From Eukaryota sp. TZLM1-RC (taxonomy: Eukaryota > Protista > Metamonada: BaSk clade): a stretch of DNA of 64,000 nt. The stretch is from assembly GCA_040285825.1 (NCBI GenBank), contig JAUPSS010000003.1:2666001-2730000 (forward strand), given 5' to 3'. The translations under genes were made by a program, and so were the position numbers. Every line of letters starts with the position of its first letter. Within the stretch, counting starts at the first letter, position 1. The notes under the pieces were generated by a model. The model saw only the letters and a program-made list of their open reading frames with translations. It was not told the origin of the DNA and did no database searches. Shown one piece after another: positions 11,316-24,759 of this stretch.

Positions 11316-13193
11316 TTGCACCGATGAGAGAGACTGAGTTTTTGAGAAGTGGAAGATTTTCTCCTTGATACCTTTTTCTTTGAACCTTTGTCAACCTATG
11401 CTCTCTGTAGGTATATCGGTCTATCTCCACCTTTTACATGTGCTTCCATCACTGCCAACATATTGAGCGAAGCATTTCGGTCTCTATTCCACAAACTTTC
11501 GCATGATTCACACATGGTAAGCCCGTGAATAGACATCTCATGCCTCTTTAGTGGCCTTGGCTTTCTGCACCATTGGAGTGTTTCAACTGTTTTCTCCGCT
11601 TTCTTACAGTTGAAACAAAGCAAACTGGTTCGAAACTCATCAATCAAAAAGACCTTATAACCAGCCTTTTTAAATAGAATTCTCAAACCTTTTCCTTTGG
11701 TAGGTTCTTTGAATTTCATGTGTTTCCGTTGTTCCCAGTCTCTGATTCCAATAACTACTTGGCCTGGATCACCAATTTCTGATTTGAATCTCTGGATCAT
11801 CTTTGCCTCAGATCTTGTGCGATTAATCTCAGCCCACCATCTTAGTTTCCTAAATATTTTTTGATGATAGACTTCACCAACAATAATATTCACCAAATTC
11901 TTTTGTTTGATATATGCCATAAATCTATCAAACCTGCAGCTTCTGGAATTGAATTGGGATAAAGTTGCTTCCCATACTGCCACAGATTTAGTTTTTTGTT
12001 CATTGTTATAATTGATAAATAGTTCTTCTTATCTTGCTTTTTCAGAACGTTATTGTTTCTCTTTACATTATAGAAAACATCAACAAAACGATATAAGTAA
12101 TCAAAGAAGAACTCCTGGATATATGGTTATATATGGTTTTGAAATTCACAATCAGTTTGTCAATTGTGTTATACAAAATATTACTTAATCCTATTTTTAA
12201 TAAAACTTTTGGAACAAGTTTTTCTTTAAAGTGTGGGTGATAGAATTCCAACAACGGACAACAACGATGATGTTCCAAAGCTGTTTTTGTCTTTGCGTTA
12301 AGGGAACTTCCCTCCTCACTTTGGGACGTGACCACAAGAAAAACGTCACGAAATAATTGGGTTTCAATTTTTGGTAAAATATCATTTGGGTTTAAGTCAA
12401 AAAGATGCAAATAATAACCACAAATGAATTCTAAACCAACAATAGAAATTTCCTGACACCTAATTACTGCCTCATCGATAACGTCAAGCATTTTCAAATC
12501 TCTGATGACTTTTTTAGCCTGCCCCTATAACCATCATAAGGTTTATGTTTAACAGTTTCCATGAAATGGTCATTGTTAAAAAAATTAAATAATTTCATTG
12601 CTAATTCTGTATCCCTCAAACAATAAACTGCAACAACAGTTCTTTTTTGGGATAAGGATAAATCTGAGAAGGGATCATCTTCTTGAACCTTCCAATACTT
12701 TGCAATATACTGAGCATCAAGGCCAATTGTACTTTCCCCTAATAAAATTTTAGAAACTGTGTTTAGTTTGCGTGGTTGATAATAACTTGGGTAAATACTA
12801 CAAGGTACAACAACAAATCGACCAGCAATTCAAGGGTTCAAGTGTTTGTGATTCAATTCTATTACATTTGAGTTATAGTATTGAACCCATTCACTAGCAT
12901 CGATTTCACCCTGAAAAAGTCCTCATTTTCGGAATGTTTGATAAAATGTGGGATGTCAAATGTCACAATATTGAAACCGCATATTATATGAGGATTGTAA
13001 GTTTTTAGAAATTATTTGATGTGGTTGACATCTTTGTATAATTTTCCACAATTGTTGTTGTTACTGATTAACTAACTTGCTAGACAGATGAGGAATTTAC
13101 ATGATGACGTGGCATTTGTTCAAAAACAAGTATTTCTATTAATAAACCTCTTTTCTCTCTTTACTTCTTTGGTATTTCTGCCTAACGTCATCA
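11316..13193 (-). mobile_element. Degenerate exonuclease-Fanzor element, family 2
   Basis: Fanzor1 C-terminus (IDEFRTS..CFNC..HGL..CESC..WNRDRNASLN) at 11396-11983 and Fanzor N-terminus at 12063-12540. These are preceded in register by PolB exonuclease motifs GFNIVTFDIP (~12950-12980) and AVYCLRD (~12611-12631). Frameshifts and an internal deletion remove RuvC-I. Confidence 0.85.
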
Positions 13194-14339
13194 ATAATTA
13201 TTGGCCCTCATTGCAGATGAAATCTACACACGTACAACATCCGTCCCTTGCTTCTATGGAAGTGGATGATGTTCTGTTGTTCCTATAACAGTGGAAGGTG
13301 TACTCTTCTGTTACACCGAAAAAGGACCTTGTTCCAGGAAGGTTCCTCGTTGACCCCTTCTTGTTAGAATCATTGGTTCTCACAAGACCTGGGGTCGATT
13401 CATCCGATGAGGTGTTTCTGGATCATTTAAGATCCTCCATCTCGTTTTCCTCGTACGAGGAATTCAACTTGGTGATGTCTGAGTTGAAGGTTGATGTCCG
13501 TAAGGGCGACGTCCGTGAACGTATGTCCTGCTACCTGAGACATTTTCTTCAGGCGAAAAGCAGGGCTTCCGGACTGAAACTGCCTGACTCAGCCTTAATG
13601 ATCAGATTCGCCAAGGGTATTTTTCCATTAGGACTGCAGAAATCTCTGATTTCTCGAATTCCGGATGAGGTATTCCCCGATTTTCCTACATTGGTAAATA
13701 CCGCAGAGGATGAACGACTTGATTGCACGCGAGTAGCTTCTTGGAACAGGTCTTCAAAGACTGTTTCTGAAAATACCGACTCTGTGCGTCAAGCTGGTAT
13801 GAAGTCTCGTTCATCCCATAGGTCTCGCAATTTGACTGAAGGGACTTGTTTCAAATTTCACCAGAAAGGTCATCTAGCTCGTGATTGCCCCTCAAAAGTT
13901 AAGCACGAAGTCAATCATTTACGCCACGTGCCTCAGTATCTCACAAATCCCCTTTCTTCATTATGCTAAATGGTTCACGAAACTGTTGAAAGAAAATGGG
14001 AAGAAGTAGTGTTGTTGTTACTGAACATATTGTTTCAAATACTGTACATTGTCCACAAGTATGACTAGTGTATTATTATACTATTATTGTATCTTAGTGA
14101 ACAACACATAAGATTTCATTGGTTGATTCAAAGGTATCATGATGAGAAGGAAGTGTTGTTCTAAAGGAATATTTTCATTTGACAAGCTTTTGATCTTCAT
14201 GGATATGGAATTGTGATGCCGTTAGGCAGAAATACCAAAGAAGTAAAGAGAGAAAAGAGGTTTATTAATAGAAATACTTGTTTTTGAACAAGTGCCACGT
14301 CATCATGTAAATTCCTCATCTGTCTAGCAAGTTAGTTAA
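13068..14339. repeat. ~126-bp inverted repeat pair (13068-13193 / 14214-14339)
   Basis: TTAACTAACTTGCTAGACAGATGAGG...CCTAACG and its reverse complement, about 2 mismatches. Confidence 0.9.
13298..13969 (+). pseudogene. LTR-retrotransposon gag fragment with decayed zinc knuckle
   Basis: CFKFHQKGHLARDC (CX2CX4HX4C with one Cys lost); capsid-like segment. Confidence 0.75.
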
Positions 14340-14843
14340 AATGCATATGCGTTTTCAATAATAATGATAAAGTTTTTTGAAAATAAGAACGGAAAATTAT
14401 CCTTGTTGATGATGTATCAACAGTAAAACCCTAAACCACCTTGGAAGCCATAAATGTGATTAGAATTCATTGACGTGTTAAACGTTTTTCAAATCTATTG
14501 TCTCTTGATTCGTTCAGAATCTTTACCAGCACTGTTACAACTAAAAGAACCAATGGCTTGAAAAAATGATTCAAATTGAGCTAAATTATAATCTCAATAT
14601 ATTGTTAATACAAAAGGTCATCATTTTGACAAATGGCAAGTCTCCTGAGGCAAAGTTAGTTGACTCATCTTTTGTAGGGGTTTATGGTCGGAAAAATTCT
14701 GTCTTAGCATTGCATGATATATGATCAATTAAGCTTTAAGCTACTATAGTCCACGTTCATCTTCCAGTGGATGGTGTCACAGAGCCACCTTTCACTTTTA
14801 ATAACCTTCGTCTATGGATATAACCATTAAGATTGTTGAAAAC

Positions 14844-15168
<325 letters not shown>

Positions 15169-15169
15169 T

Positions 15170-15940
15170 AGAGTGACAACATACAGCCAAGAGCTAGAAC
15201 TTATAAGAAGAAAAATTCTCCACATCTACCCTTACACTTCTATATAACTTTTTGAATATCTGAGACAAGTATTTGGGAAAGCTTCGAAATAAAGCAAAGA
15301 TGATTCTATTACGCCAAATGGAGATGTTAAATAATCTGTTACGTTCAAGCCATAACTTGGCAAAAGAATCAAAAAACTTTTGACCTATCTTACCAATACT
15401 TCCAAAAATCGAAATTGCAAACGGAATGAAGACAAAAGAAGTGTATAAATTTTGATCAAGATTCCTCATTACTTCATCATACAACTGATTCTTACGTGCC
15501 TCCGCCTGACACAGATGCGAATTTTGATCATTAAAAACTGAAGACAAGTACACTTCTGCACAAGGGTCAACGGTAGTGAAATCAACAACCGCCTGAGATG
15601 AGTTAGTAAAGGGTACAATCAAATCTCCACGACGACAGTTGAAAATATCGTTATCACTGTAGTGTTTCAGTAGAGGTTCTATTTTCCCATTAACACCATG
15701 ACACCTAAACATCTCATATGTCACATCACGAACTGAATTGTGTAAGATTGACCTGAACTGAAGGAACTTTTTACAACTGACAATATGTTTGAAATCAGCT
15801 TTAGGTCTTTTAACACAGCAACAAACACTATTATCCAATAGTTCTGAGGGAAATAATCCAAGGCGAAGTCGCATATTCATTTTCCACGCATCATTGTCGA
15901 GATGAAGACCAAATGGTCTAGGCTGTTGCGTGATAAGAGC
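15170..15940 (-). mobile_element. 5'-truncated RLE non-LTR fragment (family B-related)
   Basis: MRLRLG..CCC..HIVSC..HNSVRD..EP..RRGDL..DFTTVDP..ARKNQLY. Confidence 0.9.
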
Positions 15941-15941
15941 A

Positions 15942-16163
<222 letters not shown>

Positions 16164-16169
16164 TTTATA

Positions 16170-17522
16170 TAAAGAATCAAATAAAAACAAAACAAACTAA
16201 AACACATAAGAAACTAAATTCTCCACGCCAACTCTTGATGAATCCTTATAAAGTTTGGACATCATTAAACTCAAGTACTTGGGAACACTTCTGTACAAAG
16301 CGAAAATGATACGATTTTTCCATAAATTCTCTGCAAAATTCTTACCACTTGAACGACAAAAATTACCAAAATCATTGATGAAATTCAAGGCGGATTGTCC
16401 AATGTTGCCAAAAATCGAAAAGGCAAAAGGAGCAAACGAAAACATCGAATAAAGGTTCTTATTTAAATCATTTAATATCTCAGTATATTTATCTCTCTTA
16501 CGATCTTCAGCCTTGTTTAAATGACCATTAGTACTAAGTAAAACATCATCACGATAAACAAAAGCAAAGGGATCAACTGTAGTGAAATCTACAACAACTT
16601 GAGAGGAATCCACAAAAGGAGCAATTAAATCACCTCGACGTGAATTAAAAAGATTATCATCACTATAATGCTTCAACAAAGGTTCTACTTTGCAACTAAA
16701 ATTGTAACACTTGAACATCTCATATGTCACATCACGAACGGCATTATGAAGAACTGACCTATATTGGAGAAATTTCTTACAGCTCACAATATGACGAAAA
16801 TTGGCAGTAGGTTTTTTGTTACAAATACAATAAGAATTGTCCAAAAGACCACTTGGATACATCCCTAATCTCAACCGCATGTTTTGTTTCCAAGCTTCAT
16901 TTGTTAAGTGAAGACCAAATGGCCTTGGTTGCTGAGATATTAAACTAGTACAGTTCTGAATGTCTGATAAAAAGGCAGCAAATACGGGATTATTAATCTT
17001 AGTCACACTAAGTCGTTTAGAAAAATCCAGGTCTTCAAAACCAATAAGAACAGACTTCTGTAATTTCACAACAGCAAGATGAAGGTTGGTGAAAGATCTC
17101 GAAGGCACAGCAGGCAAACTTGAAGGAAAACTCCGATTCCAAATATCAACAGGTAGTTCTTGCACCATTTTTTCAAGAGAAATTAATAAAGGATGTGATT
17201 CATTTAAAGGAATATGATCAAAACGAAGTTTCCATTCAAAAAGAAAATTTTTCATACCACCAATAAAAGCACTTTTGCATAAATACTCTGCTTTTGAAAA
17301 ACCAACTCCACCAAATTTAGGACTAAAAAATGCATGATAAGGAATTTTAGATGGACAAACTTCTACTAAATTTCCTAAGAAATTTGTTCTCAAAGAATTG
17401 AATTGACGTGCAAAATCATGAGAAATTGTGGGAGATAAAGAACGAAGAAGATGATTAATTTTTGATCCAAAACACACATTTAGGACCGAAAACGCTAAAT
17501 GTTTGTCAATTTCTAGATCTTG
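16170..17522 (-). mobile_element. 5'-truncated RLE non-LTR element, family B
   Basis: 426-aa ORF with RT thumb (FGGVGF), CCHC and RLE; near-identical to 25630-26975. Confidence 0.92.
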
Positions 17523-18209
<687 letters not shown>

Positions 18210-18557
18210 GTATTCTTCAATATTCATGGGCGGTAAACTTAAAATTGTTGCAAGCTCAGAATTTCACATTGATTGTCAATAGGAAAAAGTGCTTTTTATT
18301 AATTAAACGTGTTTTGTAAAAAGTTAAGAACTTGTATCACCATTCTATTGTTGTGACTTAATATGGCCTTATCAAGCTTGATATCCTGTGTTATAAATAC
18401 TCAAAGTTCCAATCTCTTATTGGTTCCAAGTCCTCTTGTGCTTATTCAGTAAAATTACTTATTTAAACTACAAATTGCGACTTGAAATTGTTAGTCTTTA
18501 TACACACCAGCTAATTGTCAATATGTGTCAATTTCTTCAACTAAAACGGTCACATTG

Positions 18558-19300
18558 TACTGTGAATTTCACCTATCGTGCATTCCCATGTGAAATTCAC
18601 TCCTTTTTTCAACTTTCTCAATGTCTACTCAGAGGCTGTAAGAGTCGTGTAGCGTCAGTTGACAAAGACAATCATGATCAACCTCACAATAGGCAACCTC
18701 ACTTAAATACACCTACTGCTTTCATAGAACAGAGCCTCGCGACTTGATGTATCTAAGTGGATCTACTGAATGCTACTAAGACATCTGTAGAGCGGTCTCA
18801 AAAGTTTTTCAAAAAAAAATCAAAAATGAAATAAAAAACTCAAAATTAAATATCAGTTTTTCCAAAATTTTTGTTTCTGTATGTTCAGGTTCCCCATTCA
18901 TCTCCTCAACAGATCAGTTGAGCAAATATATCTTTCCGATTACAATTCCGCTTTCTTCTTAATTTGAATATTTTTTGTAGCGGATATAACACTGATATAA
19001 CACTGTCATATACTATTTGACACTCAGTACAAATACGCATCTGCCATAAGCCTGCTTGAATATTTTTGGCCATGCAACAACTTGACAGTTTGCTTGTATT
19101 GAATCAACTGTTTGACAAGTGTTTCACGTCCTTTTGATCACACAACCATTTTCTGAAAGTCCTTGCTGATCCATATCAATTAACTTTTCGGCAATGAGAA
19201 GGGAACTTGGCAGAACCCACAGCAAGATAGAGTTTTTCAGGATGTCCAACCAGCCTTTGAAATTTGCTGAGCCTCTCTCGGAACCGTCTCCCTTTTTTTC
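18558..19300 (-). mobile_element. 3' fragment of Fanzor family 1 including the complete right end
   Basis: RRFRERLSKFQRLVGHPEKLYLAVGSA... plus the same 3' tail, ending GTGAAATTCACAGTA. Confidence 0.9.
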
Positions 19301-19490
19301 GTATGGAAAGTAACCTGTAATCGAACTCTTGGATGAGTTGATTAACAATTGTACATAGGGAATGTACTCTGACCATGCATCGTAGGCGTTAAAATCTACG
19401 AGCAGCTTCCTCAAATTCTGCAGAATGTTACGGTGACGGCGTTCGACTAAACCGTTGGACTGAGAGAAGTGAGGGACGGACTTTGAGACC
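19300..19490 (-). pseudogene. Ty3/gypsy integrase fragment embedded in Fanzor sequence
   Basis: SVPHFSQSNGLVERRHRNILQNLRKLL...QLLINS; a paralogue of 28159-28400. Confidence 0.8.
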
Positions 19491-20549
19491 CAGGGAAATT
19501 GGCAGAACCCACAGCACGATAGAGTTCTAGACGCCCATAGAAGTTACTTGTTTAGAGGATGTACAGACAAGTTCCTTTTTGATGATGAAGTTGATATTTA
19601 TGTTCAACCAGAGGAGTCTCACAACCTTTCGAGCAAGACCACTTTGAGCTTCTTATCCAATGTAATTTCATCGCCTCAGTAAAATCACAAAATGTCAAGT
19701 TGTATGAAATTGATGAAAAGCCTTTGATAATGATGGGAAAACCAAAAGCAGTATCAAAAAACGTAATTTTACCGATTCTGCTTTTCAAAAGTGGTTTATG
19801 AAAGGAGTCAAAGCTTTTTTTCGAGTTTTAGTTGATTTGACCAAAAATGAATACGGTCTTTCAGTACAAAACGGCACTGAAAAGGAAGCTATGAGTTTTT
19901 CAATTGATACATCCTGAATTCAGCCTTTCAACTCAAGGATGGGTAGAATTCAAGTTGCTTTTCGAAACAAATCAAATCAACGATTTGACTATTGCCCCAC
20001 TCAATACTTGTACAAATTGTTAAAAAAAACCCGTATCTCCATTTGGGTGCTGCTGATGAAACAATACTTGAACAAATACTGCAAAATATGCAGCAACAAC
20101 AACTAAACAAGTACGAAAAATGCTAAAAAAAAACTTTGTTAGGCCCCTAAAATCACAAAGAGATAAAAATTCGCAAATTTTATCAGATTTCTATTAGCAT
20201 CATCTTCTGGACCAACCGTATACGCAGAAGCTGAAGATCAAGGAAATGCTGCTATCATTGTCGAACACTCACGTAGTTTTGAATGTTAATTAATTAGTTG
20301 TAAATAGCCAAAGTAGTTAATATATTGGCAGGCGTATTCTGTTGAGATTAGACAAAAGGACAACAAGCCTATCAGTGAACGAGAGATCAGTCCCAAAGTT
20401 ACCATAATGTTCGTTGGCACTGTTCAGAGAATGTTGACGTGAAGCAGGAAGAAGAGACTGTTGCATATGTAAACAATGAAAGATTATTGTAATTTATAGT
20501 GACAAAAAATAACCTTATTCTTGTCTATTTTGCTCGACCTACTCAAAAA

Positions 20550-21510
20550 GATTAGGATTACTTAAAAACGGTGAAACATAAAGCTTTCTGTTGAGCAAAC
20601 CCGTATGTTCAAACAACGAAATACAATCATAATTTCTCAAGCTCTATAAGCATGACAAAATCACTTGTGTTGGAGGAGCAAATGGGTAAAGAGAAGACTC
20701 TTTTCGAACACGTCGTCGTAAGATAGCAAAAAATGTTTCAATGGGATTAGATTCTAATGCGTATGGCGGTAAAATCATATATTTGAAACCTGTTTCCCGT
20801 ACTGCAATGAAAATATGAGGAGATTTGTGAATACGACAACCATCCATAATAAGCACTGATTTGGGACCAGGAAATTTGTCGGTTACGCCGGAAGAAATAA
20901 AAGCCTTCAAGAAACCTATGAATTATATCCGATTCAAATGTCCTTCCTTAACTTGCCCAGCAACATAACCAAATCGGTTGCTAGCCACTACTACAGAGAC
21001 AGTAGGGGACCAAATATATTGTAGTGTGAAAATGCTTTCTAATAAAAGAGAGTTTATCAACGAACAGTAACTGAGAATGTACTACAGGTCCCGTTACTGA
21101 GGAGAACTTTAAAGAAAACTACTTTATCAGACTTGCCTTGCATTTAGATACGAATACACGAGCAACCTTGTTACTATACCCCGCATCTTGAAAAATGTTA
21201 AAGATTGTACCTTCAGAAACTTCCTTCCCAAATGTCCTTTGGGTTTAAATCTTCATTTGGTATTAGAAAAGATGTGGGTTTTCATCATCGATGCACAAAA
21301 GAGTAGATATTTGTGTTGGCGTCCACAGCTTGGCCCTAGCTCGTCGATACGCACCCCACTGAGAAGGGTCGAACGATTGTTATAACCATCGGGAGATTGA
21401 AGCTTCAGAAACGCTAAATTGGTTGGCTGTTTGTTTCTGTGACTGTGATTGAAAGTAAAACGCTGCACATGCACGGGCTCTGGTATCTTCGGAACAGTGA
21501 AGATTAAGTG
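20550..21510 (-). pseudogene. Tc1/IS630-family transposase remnant
   Basis: HTH (QKQTANQFSVSEASISRWL) and DDE_3-like VLIMDGCRIHKS...LPPYALESNPIETFFAIL; stops and frameshifts. Confidence 0.8.
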
Positions 21511-21521
21511 ATAAAATGTCT

Positions 21522-21748
21522 TGAGCTGATTTTATAAAAGACAAAATGCGATATGTAAAAGGTATCACGCTTAAGAGAATGTTTGGAGGAAAACTGAAAT
21601 TTGGAATGTTTGCTGGAGTGGGGGAATATTATTCAAAATGAAAAAATTGAGCTGATTTTATAGAAGACAAAATGCGATATGTAAAAGGTATCACGCTTAA
21701 GAGAATGTTTGGAGGAAAACTGAAATTTGGAATGTTTGCTGGAGTGGG
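21522..21748. repeat. Tandem duplication of a ~100-bp unit, next to a ~50-bp family-A 3' tail (21757-21805, minus)
   Basis: TGAGCTGATTTTATA...GCTGGAGTGGG occurs at 21522 and 21648. Confidence 0.8.
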
Positions 21749-22342
21749 AGAATTGTCGTATTTATTGAATTTGCACACTTAATTAAATTAACTCAATACT
21801 AGTGGGAGAATATTATTCAAAATGAAAAAATCTGCAACAGACCACCTAGTTTGACACTGATTCCATCTTCACGAATCCTAATAGCCTCATATCATTTTGA
21901 TATCCCGTTCTTTCTTCAGTTAAACGCTTTACTATCTGTCATAGGTGTTGAACGTCTAGTCCGTTTTGGGATATTGATGAATATGAAATTATAATACTCA
22001 ATACTACATATTCTGAATCAAAAAGAGTTCTTGATGTATCAGTTTCTATGTCATGAATATCATTGTGTGCATATGTTAACCGTTTTTCGGGAAAATGACA
22101 TTCGACTTTGCAAGCCTGGACGACATCTTCAACATGTTGGGAAGTTTCAAAGCCTATGCTGTTTAGACAAGTTGTAGTGGGTCGCAGTGAGACATACTAT
22201 GAAGAAGTTTGGGTTGGATGGGTTGTAACTCACTGTGAGTGGTACTGACCTCAAAACTGGAATGTTTTTATGTTGATTAGCGTTTGGATGTAGTGATATG
22301 CTTCAAATAGAACATTGTTTAAATAACATTGATTTACAATCC

Positions 22343-22616
22343 TACTGTGAATTTCACTTATCATGCATTCCCCTGTGAAATTCACTCCTGTTTTCAACTC
22401 CCTCAGTGTCTACTCACAGGCTGTAAGAGACATGTAGCATCATTTGACAAAGACAATCATGATCTTCATCAATGGGCTACTCACTTAAATACACCTACTG
22501 CTTTCACAGAACAAAGCCTCGCGACTTGATGTATCTAAGTGGATCTACCAAATGCTACTAGGGCATTTGTAGATCGGTCTCAAAAGTTTTTGTTTCTGTA
22601 TGCTCAGGTTCCCCAT
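22343..22616 (-). ncRNA. Candidate Fanzor omegaRNA scaffold / element right end
   Basis: Non-coding tail conserved in three copies, with several stems; a sharp homology boundary at CACAGTA in two copies. Confidence 0.65.
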
Positions 22617-24572
22617 TCATCTTCTCAACAGAGCATCTGGGCAAATGTATCTTTCCGGCCACAATTCCGCTTTCTTCTTAATTTGAATATTTTTTGCAGC
22701 GGAAATATCTCTGTCATATACTATTTGACACTCAGTACAAATACGCATCTGCCATGAGCCTGCTTGAATATTCTCGGCCATGCAACAACTTGACATTTTG
22801 CTTGTATTAAATTCACTGGTTGACAAGTGCTTCACGTCCTTTTGATAACACAACCATTTTCTGAAAGCCCTTGCTGATCCATATCGATTGACTTTTCGGC
22901 AATGAGAAGGGAAATTAGCAGAACCCACAGCAAGATAGAGTTTTTCAGGATGTCCAGCCAGCCTTTGAAATTTGTTGAGACTCTCTCTGAACCGTCTCTC
23001 TTTTCGTCTGCGGTTATCAAATTTAATTATTTTCCATTTCTGGCGATTACTTTCCAAATACACTTTCCTCCTGACCAAATTCCAATGGTTCAAATATTGG
23101 TTGAAATTTTGAACGGAATATTGGTTGGGAGAGTGTTTACTGGGTGAAGGTTTTGCCCTGTACCTCCTGCCAGTTGGACAAGGGATAACTCCACATTGAT
23201 AATCATTTAAGAAGTAACCACATAATCTTGATTGGCCAAGATCAACGCCGATAAGGGGGCTTTCAGGTAAAATTTCGACTGGATGTCTACGTCTTCGACG
23301 GGGCATTTTTTTAGTACCCTTCAACTGTGTTTCTCTGGTTTTGTTGGCATTAGGGTCACTTTTCATTTCATTTTTTGATCTTCTTTTCTTTTTCGGTGGT
23401 TCATCCAGCTCATCTGTGTTTTCTGAGTCATTATTTTTACCTTCAAAGGTCAAAAGCAGTTCATTACCATTAGTTTTCAATAAAATTTTGTTAAATCTAT
23501 TTTTCAAACTTTTTCTGTTGATATTGAATTTTTGGTAAGGACATTGTTTGAATATTCGTTTCAGACATGTATTTTTGATAAACTTTGTTTTGGAAGATGA
23601 TCCTTCAATAATTGGAAATTTTTTCACAGAGTGGAAAATTTGTGAAGGTACCTCAATAAATTTAGAACCTTTATGAGAAGCTAAAGGTATTATTCTAAAT
23701 TTCTTCCAGCAATGCATATGAGAAAAGAAAGTGAGTAAGTATTGTGAAATTTTATGATTGAAGAGAAAAAGCTCACTAATTTCCTTTGATGAAAAAGTAA
23801 TTTTATCATGTGAGGACAGTAGGGAGGCAGTGGTAGGAAATCTTTGAAGGAGATTCAAGATGAACTTACATGCATTTAATAAGAAGAATCTTTCTCTTGA
23901 ATTATTCAAATTGAAATTGATGAGGTATTCAAGAACAGAATCAACTACTACTTCCTCGGGTTGGGCTAGTGGTTCATCTGGCAAAAGTGAAAGAATATTA
24001 TTTGCAAAGACATTTGTTTTATCCAGGGCTCTACAATGAGCACGAATAAAGTTTTTTGTCCAGGATTGACAAATTTTAGGTAAACTTGTCTTCACGTTGG
24101 ACGCCAATTGACGAGCCCGACAAGCAAGGTAAGACGAAAGCCCTTTTCTATTGATAAAATTACAATTCTGAGATTGCAGCCAAGCATTGAGAAAAAGATT
24201 TAATGAATTTCTATAAGGTACCAAAGAATTTTCCCATGAAGAAACAAAAGACCTGTCTTGTGGGCATTCAGGAAGAAATCTATTGTGAAAGATATGGAGT
24301 AATTGGCGTTCGCCTTTAGATGTGGAAGGCTTAGGAAAAGAACCAGTGGTGATGACGGTCATAAACAGATACCATACATCCTGTTTCACTAAAGCTCTAG
24401 ATGCCAACGGAAAATTTAGAAGAAAAGATTGAAGTAATAAAGAAGCTTCATGACAAATCTCGGTGACCACAGGAAGGTCAGTCCGAATTTGTTGCACCGC
24501 TGCAGGGGTCAGCAGCGAGTTGAGTGCACAAGACCGAGTGAATACACGTGACACAGAGTGGGTGTCTGTCAT
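22617..24572 (-). CDS. Intact Fanzor (eukaryotic TnpB-like RNA-guided endonuclease), 651 aa, family 1
   Basis: RuvC-I IGVDLG, RuvC-II SEFNTSK, zinc finger SCC...CTEC, RuvC-III DRDISAAKNI; NLS PPKKKRR; Fanzor1-like N-terminus. Confidence 0.9.
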   Translation of the reverse strand: MTDTHSVSRVFTRSCALNSLLTPAAVQQIRTDLPVVTEICHEASLLLQSFLLNFPLASRALVKQDVWYLFMTVITTGSFPKPSTSKGERQLLHIFHNRFLPECPQDRSFVSSWENSLVPYRNSLNLFLNAWLQSQNCNFINRKGLSSYLACRARQLASNVKTSLPKICQSWTKNFIRAHCRALDKTNVFANNILSLLPDEPLAQPEEVVVDSVLEYLINFNLNNSRERFFLLNACKFILNLLQRFPTTASLLSSHDKITFSSKEISELFLFNHKISQYLLTFFSHMHCWKKFRIIPLASHKGSKFIEVPSQIFHSVKKFPIIEGSSSKTKFIKNTCLKRIFKQCPYQKFNINRKSLKNRFNKILLKTNGNELLLTFEGKNNDSENTDELDEPPKKKRRSKNEMKSDPNANKTRETQLKGTKKMPRRRRRHPVEILPESPLIGVDLGQSRLCGYFLNDYQCGVIPCPTGRRYRAKPSPSKHSPNQYSVQNFNQYLNHWNLVRRKVYLESNRQKWKIIKFDNRRRKERRFRESLNKFQRLAGHPEKLYLAVGSANFPSHCRKVNRYGSARAFRKWLCYQKDVKHLSTSEFNTSKMSSCCMAENIQAGSWQMRICTECQIVYDRDISAAKNIQIKKKAELWPERYICPDALLRR

Positions 24573-24759
24573 GTAGTGAGAATAATCAGCTCATCTATCA
24601 AATTTTACACTTGTCACCCCATTTTCGACTTCTGGTTGCCTGTTCTGGGAGGTTTTTAACCCTCAACTTGGTTTTGGGAGGTTTTCACTATTCCCACACT
24701 TTCCCCTCACTTCATTTTCCCTCACCTCACCAAAATGGAATTTCAACTCTATGTAACTC

